Source: an uncultured Rhodospirillaceae bacterium | GTDB taxonomy: Bacteria > Pseudomonadota > Alphaproteobacteria > Rhodospirillales > UBA2165 | Direction of reading: 5' to 3' | DNA length: 64,000 bases | Assembly: GCA_913020445.1 (NCBI GenBank) | Contig: CAJWAR010000013.1 | Location: 13,226 to 77,225 of the forward strand | In this document: positions 27,006 to 34,950 of the stretch, one piece after another | Layout: the number at the start of each line of letters is the position of its first letter | Position numbering within the stretch: position 1 is the stretch's first letter | Made by a program: the position numbers and the translations under genes | Notes under the pieces: generated by a model | Told to the model about the DNA's origin: nothing | Database searches by the model: none | The model's input: the letters and a program-made list of their open reading frames with translations, nothing else

Positions 27006-28296
27006 ACTTTTTGGCGCGTGAATCGATCATGTCACGGAAGGCGTTGGTCACCCGCTCCATATATGGCCTGAGGTAGTCGAAATTATCGGCATGATCAAAA
27101 GAATGACGCATGGCCGGATTCATTTCGAAGATCAGAATTTTGCCTTCCTCGGTCACATTAAAATCGATACCAAGGAAATCGAGGCCAACCAGATCGGGCA
27201 GTTTTTCCAGCCGTTGATAAATTTCATCGCCCAAGTAAGCACGCGGGTCAGCCATGAAGGATTTTTCTTCTTCGATCATCCAATCATGCTCGGCCATTAG
27301 CGTTTTGCGGTTGGAGCCATGCACGTTCCACGTCGCATCTATATGCAACACAACGGGATAGAGCTTTCCATCAATACTGAAAAACCGCATTTTGCGATGA
27401 TATTTCTGGTGGAAGAAATTCTCGATAAACTGAATCAGATAAAGCTCTGCGCCGGAAAGTTCCTCGGCGGCGGTGACAAATTCTTCCAAACTGTCACATT
27501 TGATAAAAGTGCGTCCGGTATGCGTACCGGTTTCGCGGATCAGCACGGGAAATTCGAACTTATGTTCTTCAAGCAATTTGGTGAGGTCGTATTTATTTGA
27601 ACTTTTTGCCGGCACCCGGATGGATTTACCCATCTCAATGCCATCGATATCGAGTAAACGTTGATAGTTGTTGTCCCGGGTCGATTCCATCACACGGGTT
27701 GGATCATTGATAACGGACAGCGTTGGATTATGTTCGAGAAATTGGGCGGCGGTCTGCAATGATAGGAGTTCAACATCCGGGTCCGCAATGGTGTTAATCA
27801 CAACATCGAATTTTGGGATACGGTTGGGGTGCAGCAGATTATTGTTCAGCACCAAATAACTGATGGTCGTGTAATCCGCCGCGTCCCAGAAATAGCGGCT
27901 CGAGAAATTACCGCCGCGCAGCTTCAGCTTATGCTGGCCTTTGCGGCTTTGGCCGAGCGTGTAGTAAGCGTTTTGCACGCCCCGCAGGCGGAGAATTCGG
28001 GCACGTGGTTCGGTAACGCAGGTCGAAACAGTTATCGGATTGCGCTTAACGCCGGCGCGGAGCGTGCGGCGCGCGTTCCTTTCATTGCCACGTGATTTTT
28101 GGATGGCGGACAAATTAAAATAAGATGGCAGATGCGTTGGATCCAGCTCAATGGCGCGTTCAAATATATTAGCAGCTCGATCTAAATCGCCGGAGCGAAT
28201 GAGCGTTGAGCCAAATTGACTGTAAAGAGTTGAGCTTTCAGGCGTGAGGGCGAGGGCGCGCTGGAACATCGCAACGGCTTCCGGAAACCGGTCCAA
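27004..28296 (-). CDS. TPR repeat + ATP-grasp domain protein (N-terminus unresolved)
   Basis: TPR repeats at the N-terminus. The C-terminal half is ATP-grasp-like (...VLIRETGTHTGR...LYLIQFI...GIDFNVTEEGKILIFEMNPAMRH). The TTG at 28296 falls in the middle of a TPR repeat. The frame stays open with TPR-like sequence up to the TGA at 28501..28503, with no ATG/GTG/TTG in between. Confidence 0.75.
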   Translation of the reverse strand: MDRFPEAVAMFQRALALTPESSTLYSQFGSTLIRSGDLDRAANIFERAIELDPTHLPSYFNLSAIQKSRGNERNARRTLRAGVKRNPITVSTCVTEPRARILRLRGVQNAYYTLGQSRKGQHKLKLRGGNFSSRYFWDAADYTTISYLVLNNNLLHPNRIPKFDVVINTIADPDVELLSLQTAAQFLEHNPTLSVINDPTRVMESTRDNNYQRLLDIDGIEMGKSIRVPAKSSNKYDLTKLLEEHKFEFPVLIRETGTHTGRTFIKCDSLEEFVTAAEELSGAELYLIQFIENFFHQKYHRKMRFFSIDGKLYPVVLHIDATWNVHGSNRKTLMAEHDWMIEEEKSFMADPRAYLGDEIYQRLEKLPDLVGLDFLGIDFNVTEEGKILIFEMNPAMRHSFDHADNFDYLRPYMERVTNAFRDMIDSRAKK

Positions 28297-28500
28297 TTCC
28301 TTGAGGCAAAGCGCCAGACCACCATAAGCGCTGGCGTTATCTTTGACTTTGGCGATAAAGGCGCGGAATTTAGTGGCGGCACCCTCATGATCACCAGCGT
28401 GTCTAAGCTCATTAGCCGCTGCCAGCTCAGTGGATGACGGTTCTTGTTCCGGAGCAACAGTTGGCTGTTTATTGGGAGTGTCGGAAGACCCGCGTTCCTT

Positions 28501-30636
28501 TCACCCGTTCCTTAGAAAATGCGCCCACTTCTCGGCACCGCCGTGATTCTCCAGCAAATTAAGCAGGGCAGCGACAACCGCGCGGTCATATTGACTGCCG
28601 GATTCTTCAAGTAAAATATTTCCGGCCGCTTCGATGGAGATGCCGTCGGAGCCATCACTTGGATTACACAAGCCCAAAAAGGCATTGGCGACGGCGACAA
28701 TTTTAGCCGGCAGCAATATCTGACCGCTTTGCAAGCCTGCCGGGCCGGAACCGTCATCAGCTTCAAAGCTTTGACGGATAGCTTCAACAACCGGGCCTTC
28801 AAAATCGATTTTTTCAAGCAATTCGGCGGAGGATGAAACGATATCTTCGCCGTCAACAATGGAGCCGAGATTGAGCAGCGCGCCGGCAAACTCGGCTGTG
28901 TCGGTATCGATTTTATTGGCTTCCATATCTTCGGCGATGGCGCGGGCAACCTCACCAACATGATTGGAGCGGGCAGAGGTAGTCGGATCACGCCGGTCAA
29001 CGATAGCTGCCAAGGTGCTGACCAATTGCCGCAAACGGTTCTCGCTTTTGATCTGTTCTTGCGAGAACTCCGAGATGTCATCCATGATCATCAAAATGCC
29101 AGGCGGATGATCGCGGTCGCCTCTAAGTGGAATATGGTCGGAGCGAATAACCTGCAACGAACCATCTTCCTGCTCAAATCTTTGAATGTTACTAGCGCGA
29201 ATTTTCTGCACTGATTCCTCAACGCCTTGATCTTCAGCATCGGCAAAATCAGCCAGCATCGTTTTGTTGATCTCGGCGTAGTATTTGGCTTTGACCGGTC
29301 CCATGACGCCAGCCATGGTTTTGCCAAACATTTCCTCGGTTTGAATGCCGGCGGCTTTGGCAGCGGGTTCGTTGGAGAACGTATAGCTCGTGGTGCCGTC
29401 AACGGCGACGATGTGGGTCGATTGGCTGTTGGTGATAACGCGCATAAATTTAGAGATATTTTCGAAGCGTTCGGACGAAATCCGGAACTTTTCAGCCGCT
29501 GCGGCGGCCCTTAAAGAGGTGCCGTGACGCCAGATCGCAATCATCGCAATGGCAACGCCAACAATGATGAGGACAAAGACCACCAATATTGTCTGCAGGC
29601 GCGTCTCATTAGCGGATAACGCCTCGGCACGGGAAATTTTGCGCACCAATATCCAGGGGAGATCAGCGATCGGGCGCGACGTGACCAACACTTCTTCGCC
29701 CGAGTAATCCCGCTTGATGGCAAAGCCGCCAGGTTTATCGAGGGCAAAAGCGGCGGCCAAATCCGGCGTATCAAACGCCATTGAGCGTTCAAGTGGTTTT
29801 GCACCATCTTTGAGAGGAGTCAAATATTCCACAGCGTTGCCAGATTTGCGGACGAGATAGGTTTCGGTGGTTTTATTGGTATCACCCGGTTGTTTCATAA
29901 GATCGAACAGTTCTTCATCAATAACGCGAACGCCAAGCGCAATGCCCAATCCTTTGGCGCCGGCATCCTGTTGCACACCGTAAACCGGCAACGAAAAACC
30001 CATGGTAGGTTCGTTTGTCGCCCCTTTATACATATCAATAATTGCCGGTTCACCATCAAAGCTCTTGCCAATCGCGGAGCGTTGCTTGCCCGAAAGAGGG
30101 GGCATGGCGGGTGTCAGTACAATAGGTTTGCCATCCGAATCCAGCAGCGCAATCCCGGCCGTGCCGGCGCGCTCAACATTTGAATTCGTCTCAGCTTGAG
30201 GTGCGAGGGGAACAAATCCGTATCTATCTGCAACTGCCACTAATAAATTTCGCAGATATCCCTGTTGGGCTGTCGCGTCGGTGACGCCTGATTTGTCGTT
30301 ATTTGCTTCGGCAAGTTCAGACATATAAAGCTGCAAGGACTGATTCTCAGTCAATTCGGCAATCGATTCTAGATTGGATTCAGTCCAGTCGTTGACGTTG
30401 CTAACCTGATTATCGGCAACGATGCCGAGCTTGATCTGCCACTCATTGAGCGCCCGTTGACGTTCGCTTTCGACGAACCGGAAGGAGAAAAATACACCAG
30501 CGCCGATGACCGCGATCATGACAACAATAATTATGCCGACAATGAGATTAACGCGGCCCTTGCGGGTTTCTTCTTCGGCCTCTTTATCTTTATCAACCGC
30601 CTCTGTTTCGTCGTTCTTTTGTGGCTCTTCGGCCAT
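28501..30636 (-). CDS. Membrane sensor: TM, periplasmic Cache-like domain, TM, PAS-like domain, degenerate HD-GYP domain
   Basis: GGGAGG RBS. TM1 is LIVGIIIVVMIAVIGAGVFFSF, followed by a ~290-aa periplasmic segment (...EEVLVTSRPIADLPWILVRKISRAEAL), then TM2 ILVVFVLIIVGVAIAMIAIW. The C-terminus aligns by eye to HD-GYP, but 'HD' is NL (28867..28872) and 'HHE..DG.GYP' is SFEADDGSGPAG (28735..28770). Confidence 0.8.
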   Translation of the reverse strand: MAEEPQKNDETEAVDKDKEAEEETRKGRVNLIVGIIIVVMIAVIGAGVFFSFRFVESERQRALNEWQIKLGIVADNQVSNVNDWTESNLESIAELTENQSLQLYMSELAEANNDKSGVTDATAQQGYLRNLLVAVADRYGFVPLAPQAETNSNVERAGTAGIALLDSDGKPIVLTPAMPPLSGKQRSAIGKSFDGEPAIIDMYKGATNEPTMGFSLPVYGVQQDAGAKGLGIALGVRVIDEELFDLMKQPGDTNKTTETYLVRKSGNAVEYLTPLKDGAKPLERSMAFDTPDLAAAFALDKPGGFAIKRDYSGEEVLVTSRPIADLPWILVRKISRAEALSANETRLQTILVVFVLIIVGVAIAMIAIWRHGTSLRAAAAAEKFRISSERFENISKFMRVITNSQSTHIVAVDGTTSYTFSNEPAAKAAGIQTEEMFGKTMAGVMGPVKAKYYAEINKTMLADFADAEDQGVEESVQKIRASNIQRFEQEDGSLQVIRSDHIPLRGDRDHPPGILMIMDDISEFSQEQIKSENRLRQLVSTLAAIVDRRDPTTSARSNHVGEVARAIAEDMEANKIDTDTAEFAGALLNLGSIVDGEDIVSSSAELLEKIDFEGPVVEAIRQSFEADDGSGPAGLQSGQILLPAKIVAVANAFLGLCNPSDGSDGISIEAAGNILLEESGSQYDRAVVAALLNLLENHGGAEKWAHFLRNG

Positions 30637-30836
30637 TCAATTGCCTCCCGAATTCACTCTTTCGCTTAAGCTACTCTAAATAGAAGGTTTTTTGAAGCAC
30701 GGGATGTGAATAAATATGATATTAATCACAGACCGTTAAAGCGAAATCGCGTAATATTCAATATCGGGTGAATATTGGGGTTGTGACTATATTTCTAAGG
30801 CATCTGAGGTTAGATTAGAATAATCGGTTAATAAAT

Positions 30837-31643
30837 TTGGTTGTGATTGATTTGAAGCAAATTAAATATATTGCTGGCTTAGGTATTTTAGCCGCTGCTG
30901 CACTCGTTATTGGTGCCAGTGAAAACTCGGCTGCGCCACTAACGCCGGTGACAACAGATATTCAGCGATCGGCCAACCAAGCAGGCTATGTTGAGGTGCG
31001 TAAACGTAAGCGCCGTTCCAAAAAGCGCCGCCGCGGTAGATCGGTCGCGACCGCGAGTGCGGCGCGCGCTAAATCGGCCAAAGGTAAGTTATCGACAAAC
31101 GCATTGTTATTTGGCACCGCGGAAACTCAATCGACAAATTTCAAGCCGTTCAAGAAATGGCGCGGTGCGATGGCGAAAACCGCCAAGGAGCAAACCGATC
31201 TCGGTGCTTTTAAGAAAAAATTTGGTAAATGGGTAAAGTTTCTCGATACCTTGAAAGGCAAAGATCAGCTCACCCAGATCAAAGCCGTTAACAAGTTCAT
31301 GAACCAGGCCAAATATATCCTTGATATAAAAAACTGGGGCATCAAGGATTACTGGGAAAGCCCAGGTGAGTTTTTCGCCAAATTCGGTGATTGTGAAGAT
31401 TACTCCATCGCCAAATATATGGGGCTCAAATATCTTGGCTTTAATCCGGAAAATATGCGTGTCGTTGCGGTCAAAGATCTCAATCTCAAAGTCGGCCACG
31501 CGATCTTAGCGGTCTATTACAATAAGCGTATTCTGGTGCTCGACAATCAAATCAAAATCGTCGCTGACAGCCGTAAAATCCGCCACTACCAGCCGGTCTA
31601 TTCGATCAATGAAAAATACTGGTGGCGGCACCGGGTCGGGTAG
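30837..31643 (+). CDS. Periplasmic bacterial transglutaminase-like cysteine proteinase (BTLCP, LapG family)
   Basis: Signal-like IAGLGILAAAALVIGASENSAA. Triad contexts: GDCEDYSIAKY (C186, 31392), VGHAILAVYY (H221, 31497), LVLDNQ (D236, 31542). The start is uncertain (TTG 30837 or GTG 30843). A polybasic tract RKRKRRSKKRRRGR lies at 30999..31040. Confidence 0.82.
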   Translation: MVVIDLKQIKYIAGLGILAAAALVIGASENSAAPLTPVTTDIQRSANQAGYVEVRKRKRRSKKRRRGRSVATASAARAKSAKGKLSTNALLFGTAETQSTNFKPFKKWRGAMAKTAKEQTDLGAFKKKFGKWVKFLDTLKGKDQLTQIKAVNKFMNQAKYILDIKNWGIKDYWESPGEFFAKFGDCEDYSIAKYMGLKYLGFNPENMRVVAVKDLNLKVGHAILAVYYNKRILVLDNQIKIVADSRKIRHYQPVYSINEKYWWRHRVG

Positions 31644-31658
31644 GGTGATTGCCTATTT

Positions 31659-32450
31659 CTAACTCTGGATTTCTGCAGCGTCGAAGCCGAGTTTATTCGA
31701 TACTTCTCGTGCTGCTTCGCCGAGAAGTCTCGCCGCTACTCCGGTTGGCCTATTGTCAAATGAGCCTTCGTAGCCAAATGTGCCGATAACGGCTACTAAA
31801 TGTTTCTCATGATTGAAAACCGGCGCTGCCAGAGAGGCGATACTGGGTGAAAAATCGCCGGCTGATCGGCCAAAACCGTCTCGCAATGTTTCTGCCTGGA
31901 TCGCCTTTATTTCAGCTTTATTACGATTCCCCATACGGCGCATCTCTTGTTGCAGCAACGGCCCGGTTTGTTTTTTGTCGAGCCAGGACAGAAACACCCG
32001 GCCCGAGGCGGTAAGGAGAAGCGAAAGGTTCGAACCAACGGCTAGATTTAGTGCGATCGGCGCCAGGGGCACCTCGCGGTGGACGATGATCGGGCCATTA
32101 TCTCCCCACACGGACAGGTGAACGGTTTCGCCAATTTTATCCCGCAACCGGGCCAAAAATGGCAGCGCCGCACGTACCACGTTCAGGCGGATGATCGCCG
32201 CCAAGCCGACGCGCAGCGAAGCGGTGCCTAAATCATATTTACCGGTCATTAGATCTTGTTCGATCAAGCCTGCCCTGATCAGGCTGACCAAATACCGATG
32301 CGCCTTCGCTGACGGCAGATCCGTTGCATCTGCAATATCCTTCAACGCCAGCGGTCCACCGCCTTCGGTTACCGCCAGCAAAACACGGCCACCAATTTCC
32401 ACCGACTGGACGCCACCACTTTTAGATTTGTTGTTGGATTTTTTAGCCAT
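31659..32450 (-). CDS. IclR family transcriptional regulator
   Basis: GGVQSVEIGGRVLLAV...YLVSLIRAGLIEQD (wHTH) plus an IclR effector domain. I prefer ATG 32450 to the longer ORF start at 32504. Confidence 0.88.
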   Translation of the reverse strand: MAKKSNNKSKSGGVQSVEIGGRVLLAVTEGGGPLALKDIADATDLPSAKAHRYLVSLIRAGLIEQDLMTGKYDLGTASLRVGLAAIIRLNVVRAALPFLARLRDKIGETVHLSVWGDNGPIIVHREVPLAPIALNLAVGSNLSLLLTASGRVFLSWLDKKQTGPLLQQEMRRMGNRNKAEIKAIQAETLRDGFGRSAGDFSPSIASLAAPVFNHEKHLVAVIGTFGYEGSFDNRPTGVAARLLGEAAREVSNKLGFDAAEIQS

Positions 32451-32489
32451 CCTTATACCCGATTCCCACCCCACAGATATTGATTTTGA

Positions 32490-32535
32490 CTTTACATTAT
32501 ACAATACTTATTACATATTTTGAAATTATACAATA
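32490..32535. promoter_or_regulatory. 46-bp conserved promoter/operator, copy A
   Basis: CTTTACATTATACAATACTTATTACATATTTTGAAATTATACAATA. The minus strand reads TTCAAA-N17-TATAAT toward the IclR gene. The 10-mer ATTGTATAAT occurs twice, 31 bp apart. Confidence 0.7.
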
Positions 32536-32589
32536 TGGGCGGCAGCTTTATTCGTCCAGTAAAAAAAGTAGTGAAGCAGGACCGCAAAG

Positions 32590-33786
32590 ATGGATTTCAA
32601 TTTCAGCGATCAAGATTTGGCCTTCCGGCAAGAAGTCCGGGATTTTATGCGCCAATCAATACCGGATGATTTGCGCGAGATTGCCGAACACGGTCAGCAT
32701 TTCCGTAAAGAGCATTACGTTCGCTGGCAAAAAATCCTATTTGAGCAAGGTTGGGCGGCGCCTGGTTGGCCGGTTGAACATGGCGGCCCCGGTTGGACGC
32801 CAACTCAGAAGTATATATTCCAGGAAGAGCTCGGCCTTTCCGGCGCACCGATGCCGCCGCCTTTTGGCACGGGTATGATTGGGCCGGTTTTAATTGCCTT
32901 CGGCAATGACGATCAAAAATCTGAGTATTTGCCGCGTATTTTGAATGGTGATGATTGGTGGTGTCAGGGTTATTCCGAGCCGGGTTCGGGTTCCGATTTG
33001 GCCTCGCTGAAGACAAAGGCGGTTCTGGATGGCGATCATTATGTTGTAAACGGCCAGAAAATATGGACCTCTTATGCGCAATACGCTGACCGCATGTTCT
33101 GCCTGGTACGCACGGATGATACGGTCAAACCGCAAGCCGGCATCTCGTTTTTGCTCATCGATATGGACACGCCCGGCATCACAGTGCGGCCAATCATTTC
33201 CCAGGATAACGATCACACGCTGAACGAAGTATTTTTTGAAGACGTCCGGGTGCCGGTGGAAAACCTGGTTGGTGAAGCCGGGCAGGGGTGGACCTACGCT
33301 AAATTCTTACTTGGCCATGAGCGTAGCTCCATCGGCGATATTGCCGGCTCCAAGCGGAGCCTAGCTAGGTTGAAGAAAATCGCAACTGCTGAAATTTCAG
33401 GTGGCCGTCCGCTCAATGAAGATTCGGCCTTTAGTCGTAAATTGGCCGATCTGGATGTTAGGCTGATGATCCTGGAGGTAACCCAGTTCCGGTTGCTGGC
33501 TGATGAGGAAGCCGGCAAGGATATTGGTCCAGCGGCTTCAATCTTAAAAATTAAAGGCTCCGAATTAAGCCAATTGATCTCTGAGACGGCTGTTGAAGCG
33601 ATTGGCTATTACGGCATGCCCTACGTTCACGATGCAGTGCAGCCGGGCGGCAATGAGCATGCGATTGGCCCCAAATATGCGACCGGCATCCTGCCCGATT
33701 ACCTGTTCTTGCGCTCTCTCAGTATTCTCGGCGGCACCAATGAAATCCAGCGTAACATTCTGGCCAAAACGGCGCTCAGGTTTTAG
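32590..33786 (+). CDS. Acyl-CoA dehydrogenase (canonical C-terminal GGTNEIQRNI motif)
   Basis: ACAD motifs: WCQGYSEPGSGSDLASL, VNGQKIWTS, GGTNEIQRNILA. Confidence 0.9.
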   Translation: MDFNFSDQDLAFRQEVRDFMRQSIPDDLREIAEHGQHFRKEHYVRWQKILFEQGWAAPGWPVEHGGPGWTPTQKYIFQEELGLSGAPMPPPFGTGMIGPVLIAFGNDDQKSEYLPRILNGDDWWCQGYSEPGSGSDLASLKTKAVLDGDHYVVNGQKIWTSYAQYADRMFCLVRTDDTVKPQAGISFLLIDMDTPGITVRPIISQDNDHTLNEVFFEDVRVPVENLVGEAGQGWTYAKFLLGHERSSIGDIAGSKRSLARLKKIATAEISGGRPLNEDSAFSRKLADLDVRLMILEVTQFRLLADEEAGKDIGPAASILKIKGSELSQLISETAVEAIGYYGMPYVHDAVQPGGNEHAIGPKYATGILPDYLFLRSLSILGGTNEIQRNILAKTALRF

Positions 33787-33795
33787 GGGGCGACG

Positions 33796-34950
33796 ATGGA
33801 TTTCACTCTGAACGAGGAACAACAACTCCTTAAAAATAGCGTCGAACGCTTTGTCGAACAGGATTACGGCTTCGAGAAGCGGCGCGATATCATCAATAGC
33901 CCGGACGGGTTCGACCGCGGAATTTGGACGCAAATGGCAGATCTCGGCTGGCTTGGCCTGCCGTTTTCCGAAGAAGATGGTGGCTTTGACGGCACCCCGG
34001 TGGAGACCATGATATTGATGGAAGCCCTTGGCCGCGGGTTGATGGTTGAGCCTTATCTGGCGACGGTGGTATTGGGCGGTGGACTAATCGCGGCCTGCGG
34101 CACGGCGGATCAAAAATCAGCCATTCTGCCGAATATCGTTGCCGGTGAGATGCTGCTGGCCTTTGCCTATGCCGAGCCGCAATCCCGCTTTGATCCGGCA
34201 GACGTTATCACCAGCGCCACCAAAGACGGCAGCGGCTACCTATTGAACGGTCACAAAGCCGTTGTGTTTAATGGCGGCTCAGCTGATAAAATCATCATTA
34301 GCACTCGGACTTCCGGTGATCAACTCGACCAGGGCGGGATTAGCCTATTTATCGTCGATGCCAGCGCAGCTGGTTTAAAAATCAAGTCTTATCCCACCAT
34401 AGATGGATTTCGCGCAGCGGAGATCGAGTTAAGCGATGTCGTCGCAAACGACGTATTGGGGGAGATCGGTGAGGCTTATCCAGCCATTGAGGCGGTACTT
34501 GATGCCGGCATTGCGGCAATTGCCGCGGAAGCGGTTGGCGCCATGCAAATGCTCCACGATGACACCCTCGACTACCTCAAAACCCGTCAGCAGTTTGGTC
34601 AGGCCATCGGCTCGTTTCAGGTCTTGCAGCACCGCATGGTGGACATTTATATAGAACTTGAGCAAGCCCGCTCGGCAGCGGTCATGGCGACCCTACGTCT
34701 GACAGCAAATGATCCGGAAGCTCGCCGTCACGCACTCTCGGCGGCCAAAGTACAGATTGGCCAAGCCAGCCGGTTTGTTGGCCAGCAAGCCGTTCAGTTA
34801 CACGGTGGCATCGGCATGACCGATGAACTCAGGATCAGCCATTACTTCAAACGGTTAACGATGATCGCTACCCAATTTGGCAGTGTCGATTATCATCTCG
34901 ACCGGATGGCGAACGCGACACCTCAATTAAACCAAGAGGAAAAACAATGA
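33796..34950 (+). CDS. Acyl-CoA dehydrogenase family protein (divergent partner subunit)
   Basis: ACAD fold (YAEPQSRFD, LNGHKAVVFNG, FQVLQHRMVD). The C-terminal motif reads FGSVDYHLDRMA instead of GGTxEIxRNI. It starts 9 nt after the previous gene. Confidence 0.85.
   Translation: MDFTLNEEQQLLKNSVERFVEQDYGFEKRRDIINSPDGFDRGIWTQMADLGWLGLPFSEEDGGFDGTPVETMILMEALGRGLMVEPYLATVVLGGGLIAACGTADQKSAILPNIVAGEMLLAFAYAEPQSRFDPADVITSATKDGSGYLLNGHKAVVFNGGSADKIIISTRTSGDQLDQGGISLFIVDASAAGLKIKSYPTIDGFRAAEIELSDVVANDVLGEIGEAYPAIEAVLDAGIAAIAAEAVGAMQMLHDDTLDYLKTRQQFGQAIGSFQVLQHRMVDIYIELEQARSAAVMATLRLTANDPEARRHALSAAKVQIGQASRFVGQQAVQLHGGIGMTDELRISHYFKRLTMIATQFGSVDYHLDRMANATPQLNQEEKQ

Noticed and set aside
28182-29081. 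Alternative-frame ORFs 28182..28457 and 28512..29081 on the minus strand.
   Set aside because: They are out of frame with the TPR and HD-GYP-like reading frames, which show clear domain motifs. Their translations are Pro/Ser/Arg-rich nonsense.
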